A model generated the notes under the pieces. That model was given only the letters and a program-made list of their open reading frames with translations. It was not told where the DNA came from and ran no database searches. A stretch of 64,000 nucleotides of DNA from Toensbergia leucococca (taxonomy: Eukaryota). Each line of letters starts with the position of its first letter. The first letter of the stretch is position 1. Positions 49,916 through 62,712 of the stretch are shown here, in pieces. Location: positions 1 to 64,000 of the forward strand of contig JALDZS010000038.1 of assembly GCA_022813965.1 (NCBI GenBank), written 5' to 3'. The translations under genes and the position numbers were made by a program.

Positions 49916-50750
49916 CTTGACTGCTTTCCGTCAACTGTGGCAGTAGTGGCCGTTCAGGCGGACGAGGCTTCGATGGCGGCAAGCTGGCACCTACAGAGCT
50001 AAATAGGACAAGGCCAGAGACGCACACACCAGATCACAATGTGTTACCGTGGGTGAAGAAAGGCGTGGATAGACTCGGTGTAAACTAGACAAATGGTATG
50101 AAATGCGTAGGACGAGGACGTTTTGCATACTCTAGAATACCAGACCGAGGGGACCCTGGCAAAAACCAAATAGGGCTGAAATTACGACTAACCTCTCGCC
50201 ACGTCGGAACAAGGACAACTTCAGAATCGAGACTCTATCTTCCTACCTACCATGATTGCCTGAAATACGATTACTACTTGGATTGTCCTATGAATGCAGG
50301 CACTCCAAGCACCATGCTAAGCGGATCAAATTCATGACTACCTCTCGATTGTCACCAGAAGGATTGCATTGCATACGAAGATAGCGATAGTATGGAATAG
50401 ATTAACCCCGCAAACAGCTCAGCAGGGTTGGCAAGGCAGACTTGCAGCTGCAGATTGCTACTAGATTCCTAACAGGACAGAATGACAGAATGACAGAATG
50501 GCCATGCTGCTGCCTACAGCCAGGTTACAGCCAGCCTTCTGCAAGGCTCGCCAATCACTCATATATTCCCTGACTTCCTCCATCCACAGACGAAGCTCTC
50601 TTCTTTCCCTCTTCCCTCACACCTTGCCTTACAATCTTGAGCCTCAAGCATATTTGAAGAATTTCTTTTCATTTTGACTCTATTAAGCTTAAGCTTTCAT
50701 CCGTATTTCCTTACAATTCGGTCAAGCATACTAGCACTGCCTGACTCAAT

Positions 50751-53097
50751 ATGCCATCCACGCAACAAAGTGCAAGTTTGAAGGATGATCAGCAATTCGA
50801 TGCCTCACTTGATTGGGTCAAAGATGATTTTGAAAGCCCTGCTAGCGATACCCGTAAATTCATAACCATTGAAGATGATGCACCAGCCATTGGTACTCCC
50901 GTCCGAACTCCCTCTGCCAAGGAAGAGACTCGACGTTCTCGAAGGCATGTTGAGCCGACCGTCATCCGTATCCGCTCTCGCTCTGTGTCCTCTCGCTCGT
51001 CGTCTCCAGAGCTCAAGGAGGCTGGTATGTCTAATGAGGCGAAGTGTCTCTATGAAGGACCGCAGAAGTGTCTCTGTTGCATCGACTGGGTTGATAAGAC
51101 GCCAGAAGAAATTGCAAAGGCCGAGTTGACAGAGGATCCGCACGGTGGCTTTGCCGTGTTGATCAGAAAGCGCTCCGGCCACGGGGGAGAAAGTGCATTT
51201 CTTTTGCATTCCGTCGTTATCCAGAGCCCACTGATCAAAACCGTCCTGCAGAAAACACTTCATGGCTATCCAGGTGTATCAGCCCTAGTGGAACACTTGT
51301 CTTTTGATGCGCCTTTTGATCCTTTGTTCCATCGTTGGGACGCTCTTGTCAAAGCTGGCAAGGATGATAATAGCACCGAGACCAGGGAACACATTAAGGT
51401 GTTGCACGATATTCTTGAACCCGAGTTTGAGCAACCGTTCCAAACGCTCAAAGAGTGCCGCATGCACGGTGTCATTACATTCAAGTCTTTGTGGGTCATC
51501 TTCAAACCTGGAGAATTGATTTACTCGACTATAGACGGCCAAGAATGTGTCTCAAGACTTAGAGAAACTACTTACCAGAGCTCGTGGGGAAAGGCCTTTT
51601 TCGAATTAGCTTGTGAAGCTGTGGACTGGGACGGCTCTCATTTTGGCCTCACGACCGATTACATTCCAATCTACGATTTCAAGGGCACATGTCATGCCAC
51701 AAGCCTTGCAGCAATGCCTCTAGAACTCCATCCGGATAGACTGTCGATCAAAGAACGATTGACTGCAAGGGGAAGAAAGTTTGAAATGTTGCGTGGATAC
51801 CACTTCAAAGCGTATGATGGCCCTTTGATAGAAGGCGTAGTGGATGGCGGTCAGGATGGCTACCAACAGCAAATCCAGCAGACAATGCAACTGACAGATG
51901 TGAGTCCCCTCATGCCAACTATAACCACGGAATAGCTGACAAGAATAGGGTGACGAGCGCATCATCATTGACGCTGATGCTTTTGGGCGCTTTATGCATC
52001 AACCTGCTACGCCTCTGGTCCCTCTTGATCAGGATCCATCTGAGCAGTTCCATTCTCCACGACATCCTCAGCCATATGATGATCCAGACTATCCTGTATT
52101 TCACGGGGGACCACCACCACCACCACTTCCACATGGCAGACGCAATAAGGGCCCCCATCAAAGCACTCGTAATCGAAAATCGCGTCCTCGCATCGTAGAT
52201 AATTCCTTCGGAGGTCCCATCATGCGTAAGGCAGAGCGCCAAGGAGCGATAGATCCTCTCACGGAAGAACAAATGTTACTTTGCGTCCCCTTCGTCCGCG
52301 GCTTCCTCCTAAAGAAGAAAGCTTGGTTTAAGTTTTCCGTCGACGGAGTCCACGATATCTCTTGGGACGAGGCGGCCTTTACCAGCCTAGTACTTCCAGC
52401 CGAAGAAAAGGATCTCCTCCTAGCGTTTTCCGAAGGCCAAGTCAACTCCAAGACCAACTTCGACGACTTCATCTCCGGAAAAGGCAGAGGCATCGTTATG
52501 CTCCTCAGCGGCCCTCCAGGCGTCGGCAAAACCCTAACGGCAGAATCCGTCGCCGAGACGATGCGTGTACCTTTGTACACGATGAGTGCAGGCGAGCTGG
52601 GCACAGACTCATTCCGCATCGAAGGCGTCCTCTGCGACGTGCTCGAAAAATGCGCCAAATGGAAAGCCATCCTCCTCCTCGACGAAGCTGACATCTTCCT
52701 CGAGAAACGCTCGCTCAACGATCTGCAACGTAACGCTTTGGTCTCCGTCTTCTTGCGCCTGCTCGAATACTACCAGGGAATCATGTTCCTGACGACCAAC
52801 CGCGTCGAAGCCTTTGACCCTGCCTTTGAATCCCGTATCGATGTCGCCGTCAACTATCCCCCTCTCACGGCCGCGTCCCGTCGCCAGATCTGGTGCAATT
52901 TCATCATGCGTTTGCGTGCGGATGAGAGGGATTTTAGCGAGGAGGAGCTAGATCGGTTGGCGGAGAAGGAGTTGAATGGGCGGCAGATTAAGAGTGTGGT
53001 CAAGACGGCGCAGATTGTGGCGGTGAAGAAGAGGGAGGCTTTGGGGGTGGGGCATATTCGGGCTATCTTTCGTTTGAGGGAGAGGTCGGGGTTTTGA
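50751..53097 (+). CDS. Fungal AAA+ ATPase with long N-terminal domain
   Basis: Walker A GPPGVGKT, Walker B LLLDEAD, FLRLLEYYQG, TTNR, AFESRI, NGRQIK. Intron ~51900-51948. Confidence 0.92.
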
Positions 53098-54017
53098 GGG
53101 AGGAATGTGTTGTTGGTTTGGCCGGTGGTTTGAGATTGTGATGACTTGACGAACGCACGGCAGTACTCTTTTTTGTTCTTCTGGCTTTTTTTCCCCTTTT
53201 ACTTTGTGAATAGTGAGGATGTGAGCTCTTATGAGCGAATGGATGGATAAATGAATGAATGAATGAATGAACAAAGGACTTTATTCCATTCTCACGCCTG
53301 CCTAATCTTTTAAATTTTATTCAGAATCCCTCGTTTCTGCACCCCCTCTACACTATCCCACGAACTACACATTACCATCACCCACCCCCCACCCCACCAA
53401 GAAAAGAAAAGAAATACCCACCCTCCTCACACAAATCCCCCAAGAACCCCCCATCTCAACAAGAACGGAATATTTGGACCCCAACCCTGACTATGGCAGA
53501 TCTACATCCAGCATCTAAAAACCATCCTGCCCGCTTCTGAGGTTTGAAGTGAAGACCATGAACGATCTGTGTCTTTCAAGGGCGGTAGGGTCTTGGGGTG
53601 AGAGTGAAGGGGGTGGTTTTGGGTGGGGTTTGGTGTGGTGGGTTGATGCGGGGATGGAGGTGGAGGACTGAGTGTGGGGGGTCGAAATGTAGATATAGAA
53701 AAGGGGGCAACTGGGCGCGACTGCTACCCAAACTCTCCGAATGTTCATATTGTCTGTCTGTGACCTGACCGCCGAAAACGGAAATGATGCCGACAGAAAG
53801 CAGCAAATTAAAAAAGGTATCTAAATCCGTGAGTTGATAAAAAGGGAGAATTTGTGTTTATAAATCATGTTCAAAGAAGAAAAAATTATCGCCCCTCCTC
53901 AAAAAACTGAATTGGAGAAAAAGAAATGATCTCAAAAAATGCAAAAAAGTCGAGAATGGGATGGGCGAAAAACAAAAAAGGGGGGGTTTGAAGCTGGTGA
54001 AGTTCTATTTGTCTTGT

Positions 54018-54076
54018 TATCGGAGTGCGACTCTATCGGAGTGCGACTCTATCGGAGTGCGACTCTATCGGAGTGC
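54018..54076. repeat. 16-bp tandem repeat (TATCGGAGTGCGACTC) x3.7
   Basis: Three perfect units plus 11 bp, head to tail with no spacers. Confidence 0.95.
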
Positions 54077-55034
54077 ATACACAACGATTCCTAGAAGCAG
54101 GATCTGATGTCTCATCAGTTGCGCCTGCTGAAAGAAAGAAAGTGTAGGGTGAAGAGAGTGGTGGTACTGAATGCACGAAATGGCGTTCTATTATCTTGTT
54201 TGAGGGGGATGAAAGAGCTTCAGCTACCCAGCTTCTGTCCAGTAAAGGGGAAATATAGCACGATATCCTTTCAATCTGCGAAAATGAGCGTAGGCACACC
54301 TCTTTTACTCGCACCCCCGAAATCTCTCAAAGGCAGTCAAAGTCTTCACATCGCCCGATATTTAAGCCACACCTCAAAATCCGGATCTTCATTCAGTGAC
54401 TGCGCACTCTCGGTCTGGGACTTGTCATGGTATTGCACCGCGATATTTGGAAAATAGTTGATCAGTGCCCGTGCACGACTCGCCATGAGCGGATGATGGA
54501 CTGGCTGAATTAGCATAGTATGAGTGGGGTTGAAGCTTGGGAGATGGTGGTCGGATAGTCGAGGACCCGGGGTTGATGGTAGGTATGCAAGAGCTTTATG
54601 ATTGCTGGATTGAGGGCTGGTAGCGAAGAGACTACTGATGCAGAGCAGAAGAAAAGGGACACGGAGGGAGACTTTTTTATATATATTATAGAAACGGGGG
54701 TAGTGTGATATTGTACTATGTGTCATGTTGTACACCGATTGTAACTGCATGTCAGAAATTACTTTCGATCGCATACGAACTGCAACGAGAGAGAGCTTTG
54801 CATTTGACGCTCTTGGTGTCACATCGCACAGCAGAAAATTGAGAGTATGAGACGGATTGTAGAGGACGAGTATCACTTCAGACAGCTACCTTACAAGTAG
54901 CCATAAACCTCCGGAAGCTCTTGTAGAGGTTCAAACAAGACAGATGTTTTGTTAGTATAAAACTTCAACGCTTCAAGACTTTGAGGTTACTAGTGTAGCT
55001 GAAAAGATAGGAATGTTGGAAAAGCGTTCTTCGC

Positions 55035-55694
55035 TCAATGATTCAGGATTTTGGACAGGGACGCAGCGATGTTAAAAGGGTGGGTCCTCAAAATAAATCC
55101 TGATACCAGATACTGACCTTGTCGAAATCTCATTTCAATCAGAGGCTCTCTTCCGTCAAAGACGGACCGCACTTTGTTCTCAGTGTAAGTGGAAATCAGC
55201 AGCGTAAGTGACATGGAAATCCAACAAGGCGTTGTGATGGATACATGGGAGACCTCTGAGATATTGGCTCCTTCACCGGATATGTGATCCGAATACCAAA
55301 AGGAGTTGAGGCCTGAGATGCATAGTGATCGAGATTGAGCGCAGATGAACATTATCTCAGTCAGCTCAGACTCGGGCACTGAGCTATTTCTGTTCAGCAG
55401 TGCTTGAATCATGACGCCGATCAAGTTATCCCTATGAGCGCAGTCGAATTTATAGACCCATCGGATCTTAAAACGCTTCTTACTTGCTTGACCATTCTGT
55501 TCAGTGCTTCCTAACAGATCTTGCTGAATTATACAGATGACATTAACCCAGAGGCAATGGCGATTCTGTCCCACATTATGTCCTGTTGAACGGATTGGTC
55601 GGGGATTTCTGAGCGCCGCCTCCCTTCCAATTTGATAAAAGACCTGTAATGTGAATCTCCTCATGGGTGTTGAGAGCTTGGTAGTAGACAGCAC
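55035..55694 (-). other. Unassigned 219-codon ORF (orphan or decayed gene)
   Basis: Long open frame with no recognisable motif and a non-ATG track start (first ATG is internal). Confidence 0.25.
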
Positions 55695-56239
55695 CGAGAG
55701 AGAAGGATTGCGAAGCAGTAAAGAAGCATGACGATTTGGTGGAAGATTTTCATACCTGAGTTGGTAACTATTCGGGTAGAGTAGGAAAATGTGATTTCCT
55801 CCTCTTTCAAAGGATACTTTGATCAGATGCCTCGCAGCCGCTGGTCCATTTCTGACTAGCTTGAGAGAAATGACAATAGGAAAGGTACAGGGTAGCTCGG
55901 TAGGTACGAATAGCAGAGTGATTTTAACAAGGTCGGTATGTATAAGAGGTTCTGTGTTGACTCTATGTATATGAAATATGTAGAATAGAAATTAAAAATG
56001 ATAAGCACCGCCAACAAAGTAAGCATGAAAAATCCTCCCTCCCAACCTCCATAGAAAATACATCATTACTGCCAGATATAGTAGATCAGCAACGCCCTAA
56101 ACTCCTTTAACAGTGCAGCAGGACAAGAACTGAGGACCCCGTAGCATCAATTCAATTTTCGATTTAGCATCAGTACAGACCACTTCATTCTTCCTTTTTA
56201 CCATTACCTCCACACTTCACGCATTCCCAGTCCACTCAA

Positions 56240-57188
56240 TTAAGAGAGCTCGTCCTTGACAACCCGTCTTTGACTCTCGCTATCAATGAAGGTCCCCCTT
56301 GATCTAGTCGTGTTTTTGCGTCCAAAAAATGACTTTCCGCCCGTTCGCTTCGTGTAAGTTGTCGTGTCTTTCTTGGATGTCACGCCAGCGACGCAGAAGA
56401 GGACTGTTGAAAGGAACAGGCATGCCATAGCAGCCCACATGAAACCGAACGAGTATTTGCCCACGTTAGCAGATTGCTTATTTGCGCGGAAGTTGTTGCG
56501 ACCGATAACGTAGGCAGCGCTGCGTCATGTCAACATTTTGGAAGCTTTGTTTTCATATGGAAATATGGAGGCAGTGTAGACTTACGTCATGAGTGAGGCG
56601 GTGAGGGTTTGAAAGAAGAGCGCGACGGCGCAAAGAGCGCTGGATAAGAAGCTACCGATACGGCTGCATAGAGCAAAGAGGCCGAGGAAAAGGGAGCACA
56701 CAGCGAAGAAGAGTGAGATGAGAACGAAGGCGAACATGAAGCGCGTCAAGTAGAAATACTTTCTCGTGCTGTTCAACGGATCAGCTGTTGGCTTCTTCTC
56801 TATTAGGTCAAACGGGAGGGTCGTACCCAATGAATGCCGCATCAACGCCCTTGGTGGTATCAAAGTTCCGATCACTTGGAGGATCGAGAGGAAATGCCGG
56901 ATGAACCTTTCCACACATGTTGCGCCCATTGGTGGTGACACTGCAGATGTTCCAGAAGGTCCATCGTGATAGCGGTGCTGCGCCAGGTATAGCAGAAGTG
57001 TCGGCTTGTAAGAAGTATATTTGGTTTACGGGATTGCCATCAACAGCTCCAGCAAGCAGCACTAGGAAGATGAGTAGGCAGGCACCAGCGATAAGAACAA
57101 GAGAAGTCAAGGCAATCCAAGGTCCTTGATACAAGTTAGGCTAGTGCACTATGTTTCATCACCTCGATTGCTACTCACTGGGTGTCAT
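56240..57188 (-). CDS. SUR7: Eisosome/MCC tetraspan protein Sur7 (4 exons)
   Basis: YFLQADTS.IPGA…RWTFWNIC…HPAFPLDPP…NF, YFYLTRF, four TM helices. Confidence 0.9.
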
Positions 57189-57761
57189 GTTGACAGTGTC
57201 TGATCGAGGGCGGGAATCGGAAATCAGGGAGGCTCAATGCTATCACCAGTCATAAGCTAATGTCTTAGGATTGTTTCAAATAGAACGTACCTTGGGCGCA
57301 GATGTTTTTAGGAAGATGGGCGTGGCAGAGGGAAAAGAGATCAGGTGGAGCTGACGTAGGTAGCTACACTGTTGTTTCTTGAATTGCGGAAGGCCGGCCT
57401 GGCTTGACCAATCACGGCGTTTGCGGGTATGCAGCCCTATTCTAAAGGCTACCTACGTCACTGGTAACGTGTCTGTGTGGCTAGTCTCCATGAGGATGCG
57501 CTTCGAAAATGATGATGCCAGAGAGAAGTACTAGAAATCACCGTATGGTGGTAAGCTAAGGTATTTCTATCAGATGGCAAACAATCATGATTGGACTGGT
57601 GATGAGCTTTTACTGTAGAGTACGAAGTATCCGTATGATTTTGGAAAAAAAAAGCTGTTCTATTATTAATTAAGCGAGCATCTGCCGCGAAGATCGCCAT
57701 GATCTCCCAAACATATCAACCCATGAAATAGGGCTGACAATTCAAACACCCTAATCCCACC

Positions 57762-58990
57762 ATGTCAGCAGCAGTCTGGCCCCCAATTCCTCATGATGAA
57801 TTGATCAAAGAAGAAGAAGACTCCCTCGTAAGCCCGAAACCCTTACTCCCCTAATATATAATAAAGACTAACCCACGTCCAAGGCACGTGAACTAGAATG
57901 GCTTCTAAACACCTTGCAAGAGACCTTAGCATCGTTGAAAAGCGGCTTGGAAGAATGCATAGCCTTGCTTGCACCCAAAGAGCCTGGCTCGACTCTTGCT
58001 CTTTCGTCGTTGAGATCTGAGAGCGTCAAAGGGTTTGTGACTAGAGTTGGGACCAGGATCGTCAAAGGGGTAGGTATTCGTACTTTTCATTACTCAAGTG
58101 TCCTGGAAAAAAGAAAAAAATAACCAAATGAGAAAAAAATCAACCCTTTATCTATCTACCGTTCGCCGAATGTACCACCAAATCTCACCTAATTAACCCC
58201 CCCTCCTCCAAACCAGGACATCCACCTCCGCCTCGCCACACTCCCCCTCCCTCGTTCCCTCCCCACTTACCCCCTTCACCTCTCCAACCCGCTCCCACTT
58301 CCCCAGCTAAGTCATCTCCTCACGCTCCTGAACCAATCACTCGACATAATCGACATAACCACCTGGACCGGTGATCCGCAAAACGCCTTCTTCATCGCCG
58401 GCCAATTACGGCTTCTGGCAGACACGATCGATGATGCGCGGTTGACACTCGTTGGAGGAGAGGATGTGGTTGGGGGAAGGTGGTGGGAGGATGGGGGCGA
58501 TGAGATGGTATGTTGATTGTTTCTCTCAAAATTTGCACAGATTGTATTCGAGTACACGCTCAATTCCTTTCTCCCAAAGTTACCGAACGCAAAAGAGCCG
58601 GTCATAGAAAAGTCCACATTGATCAATCCCTAGACATTCTCCCCCCCAATTTCCTCAACCCTTTCCTTTCACCTCTCCATATCCTCCACAACCCTAACCC
58701 TCACCCTCCGCACCCTCGGTCCCGTCCTCCCCACCCCACCACCCAGCACCTTCCCCAATCTCTCGCTGCGCCACCGCCTCGGCCTGGCCTCCAAACCGCC
58801 CGAGCACGACGAAGCCGAACGCACGTTTGAGTACCGAGGGGAGGAGGTTCGGGTCAGAGAGAAGGTCAGAGTGGAGAGCCAGGATCCGAGCTTGATGGCT
58901 GTAATGGCCAAGCTGAGTGCGTTGGGGCATGGGGTGGCCGTTTGGAGGAGGGGGTTGGCCGTGGTTATGGGGGAAGATGAAGGGGAGTGA
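57762..58990 (+). CDS. RAV2: RAVE complex subunit 2 (Rogdi family), 4 exons
   Basis: MSAAVWPP…RELEWLL…GLEEC…GSTL.LSSLRSESVKGFVTRVG…EKVRVESQDPSLMAVMAKL. Confidence 0.88.
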
Positions 58991-59147
58991 ATGTGTGTGC
59001 TTGGTTCATGATGTTGAGTTCCTGCTTAAATGCGTGGGCGTAGGTGCGTTGAGCTGCTATGAAAGAGTCTAAACGCCAATGACATTGCACCAACATCAAC
59101 TCATACTGCTCGTCAACGCCGTTTTGGCGACATACTGTGACTCCTTT

Positions 59148-60391
59148 TTAAACGGTGACCTTGATTCCAATCTCACCCGCCGTATCAGCCAAGGCGGTGT
59201 CATTCTTCCTCGCCCGCTTCTTCAGCACGTTTTCGATAAACGCCTCTCCAGCCTTGTAAGAGCTTCGGACCAACGGACCACTAGCGCAGTATAAGAACCC
59301 GAGATCCAAAGCTCTTTCCCGCCACATATCAAAAACGGCCGGCGTGACATATTCGTGAACTTTCATATGCCGTTTCGTAGGTTGCATGTACTGCCCGAAC
59401 GTCACAACGTCGACGTCGACTTTTCGTAGTTCTAATTGGCTAGTCAGCGAAGCCATTTTAGTAGAATGAAGTAGGAAATAGAGCTCAATTGACCTTTCAA
59501 AGTCTCCCAAAGCTGCTCCTCGGTTTCCCCCAACCCTAACATGATACTCGTCTTAGTGATCAAAGTTCGCTCGCCATCCCCCCTCTTTGCCCTTGCCAAT
59601 ACCTTTAAGCTCTGCCGAAACGTCGCTCTTCGGTCCCTCACCTCGGGCGTCAATGCCTCCACCGTCTCAACATTGTGCGCATACACATCCACTCCACTCT
59701 CCGCAACCCTACCCACCATTTCCTCGTCACCAGCAAAATCCCCCGTCAAGGCCTCAACCAACATCCCTGGCGCCTTCTCTTTGATCTTTCGCACAGTCTC
59801 CGCAAAATGCGCAGCCCCTCCATCGGCTAAATCATCACGATCCACGCTCGTCAACACCACGTAACCCAGACCCCATCTCTTCAAAGCTTCTGCCGTATGT
59901 TCTGGTTCATGGGGATCTAATGGTGCAGGAGCCCGCGAAGTTTTGACGGAACAAAATCGACAGCCTCGAGTGCAGGTGTCACCCATGAGCATGATCGTGG
60001 CAGTTGCGGCGGATTTGTCGCTACCACCCCAGCAGTCGGAGATATTGGGACATCGGGCTTCTTCACAAACGGTGTGGAGGTTCAAACCTCGTAGATCGGC
60101 TTTTATCTTTTTGTATGCTGGGTTTGTCGGAATGGGGGTTTGCAGCCAAGATGGCAGGCGGGTGATCTGCTTTTGACGACCTGGGGGGCCAACAAGGGCA
60201 GTGCGAGGAGAGTCAGAAGTAAAATCATCGAGCGAAGGTCCAGCGTTGAGACGATCGTTGAAGGTGGTCGAGGGGCGGGGATTTGTTATTGAGGGCTCGG
60301 GGGCTGCGGTGGCGAAGGTGCGAAGGGATTGGCGACTCGGGGAGATGGGGGGAGCGTGCAGGCAGCGTAGTCTGGATAACTTTGCAGCCAT
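59148..60391 (-). CDS. LIP5: Mitochondrial lipoyl synthase
   Basis: [12 protein letters not shown], radical-[33 protein letters not shown]. One intron ~59493-59431. Confidence 0.96.
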
Positions 60392-60928
60392 GGGTTCGAA
60401 GACCAGGTCTATCAGATTTATGCTGATTTGGGTGGTGTACGGATATGAGATGTTGTAAAATTGGGAATTATTGAGTCCCCGTCATAGGTTGAGCGTTGAG
60501 TACGGGTACGGACAAGGCTGAAGCTGTTCTAGAATAGATTCTACGGTTATCCAATCATACCCAGTACGTAGTATTCGCATCAAAGTGCTTTTTTCCTACC
60601 TTCATCAACTATTTCTTTTCCATCACTGAGTATGAGGTGATACTCGAAGCTACCGAATACGGTGGGATACAGGAGCCTCGGTAATTTTACAGCAATGACA
60701 CTGCCGAAAAAGTGCCTTCGCTCTTTGGAATAAGCTCCTTCCCTAATTGTATTGACTACGTTAACGTCGACGATCATTAATGTCACAACCATGGCTAACA
60801 GCAATTCTATCTACCTACTCTCCTATCAGTGCTAATGTTAGGAACCGATTGCAATGGAATTTAACTGAAATAAAATCTGCTCTCCGCACTCCGTAGTACA
60901 CTGACAATAATAGAACCTCCCTCTAATA

Positions 60929-62242
60929 ATGACGAGATACACACCCTCCACCCTCATCGATCTGACCCTTTACGAAACCCTCTACAAACACTTCCATTCC
61001 CACCCCGAGCTGTCCCGCCAGGAAGTCCAGACCGCCGCAACAGTCGCCTCCCACCTGCGCAAGCTCAATGCCTACAAGATCCACACCAACATCGGCGGCC
61101 ACGGATTGGCCGCTGTCCTCAAGAATGGTCCTGGGAAAACAGTCCTCCTGCGCGCTGATATGGACGCCCTTCCCGTGGAGGAAAAGACTGGCCTCCCGTA
61201 CGCGAGTAAAATCACTATGAAGGACACTGATGGCACCATTAAGCCAGTCATGCATGCATGTGGCCATGACATGCATGTCACTTGTCTGCTCGCAGCAGCT
61301 GAGTTGCTTGCCAAAATCAAGGACAAATGGACAGGAACATTGGTGCTTGTATTCCAGCCGGACGAGGAACGAGGTGGTGGAGCACAAGCAATGGTCGAAG
61401 ATGGGTTATACGACAAAGTGCCTGTCCCGGACATAATGCTTGGTAATCTCACTAGAAATCTTCTCAGCAAGTCTTCAGCACCTTTCTGATTCAATGAACC
61501 AGGCCAACACGTAATGTCCTCCCGAACCGGTACCCTCGGCTCCCGTCCTGGAATCATGCTGGCTGCCTCCAACAGTCTAAAGATAACCCTCTACGGCCGA
61601 GGCGGCCACGCCTCAATGCCGAACCGAACCATCGACCCCGTCGTCATGGCCGCACAAGTCGTGGTACGCCTCCAAACCATTGTCAGCCGGGAAATCGACC
61701 CAAATGATATGGCAGTCGTGACAGTAGGCAGCCTGCAAGCCGGCCAAACTGAAAACATCATTGCCGACAAAGCTGAACTCCGCATCAACGTGCGAACCAT
61801 TACTTCCGACACGAAAAGGAAGGTCCTAGCCTCCATCGCCCGAATCGTAAAAGCCGAATGCGAAGCCAGCGGTACGCCCAACCCGCCCCTAATCGAAGAA
61901 ACGTCCGCCTTCCCTGTTACAATCAATGACCCAGCAACCACGAAACATCTCTCGGCCTCCTTCGCCGAACACTTCCCAGGCTTCGACCCCTCCATCCCGC
62001 GCATCAACGGCAGCGAGGATTTTTCCCTGTTGGGCACATTGGTCAACCGGCCCTGTTCCTTTTGGATTTTCGGAGGGACCGACGCGGAGAAGTGGGATGA
62101 GGCAGAGAGGAGCGGCAGGCTGGAGGAAGATATCCCCGTGAATCATTCAGGGTATTTCGCACCGGTTGTGCAGCCTACGATGAAAACAGGGGTGGATGCA
62201 TTAGTGGTGGCGGCCATGACGTTTTTCGGGAAGGGTTGGTGA
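60929..62242 (+). CDS. M20 family amidohydrolase (hippurate hydrolase-like)
   Basis: HPELS, LLRADMDALP, MHACGHDMH, FQPDEE, GRGGHAS, GSEDF, NHS. Intron ~61443-61502. Confidence 0.92.
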
Positions 62243-62712
62243 GTTGGCGGTTGTGATTGCTTTTACATAGGGCATATCAGAAGAAGCGCTTCCATTGTTT
62301 TACCTGAATATATTGCTACTTGATGAATCTCTGTATCGCTTTTTGGAGTGCCCGAACATTGAAGAGGATATCCCAGAGTCTTGAGATTCTCAACTTCAAA
62401 TATTCTAAACTGAATGAAAAGATAAGATCAGTCATCATAGAGTTGAGCGACAGTATGTTCCTTCACGCGCAGTCATCTGCACGGTCGACTATGAGGACTT
62501 TCCTCTATTGAACTGTATACACCGCCTATTCGTGCAACCTCCATACCCACACATTTCCATCCAATGCCATTGAACCAAGTCAGCATTGCTTGATCAAGAA
62601 AAACCACAAAACCAGGGTATCATCACCATCACACAAACCTGAACCCAAACCCCACATCTTTGACCCCATCTCCAAAAGGGACCCATCCCCTTCAAAAAAT
62701 AGTAAAAAAAAT

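Noticed and set aside
54018..54076. CRISPR-like array
   Set aside because: Units are directly adjacent with no spacers, the context is eukaryotic and there are no cas genes.
41753..62242. Secondary-metabolite or horizontally acquired cluster (MET1, DERA, LIP2, M20)
   Set aside because: There is no backbone synthase, DERA and M20 carry spliceosomal introns, and the genes are interleaved with unrelated housekeeping genes.
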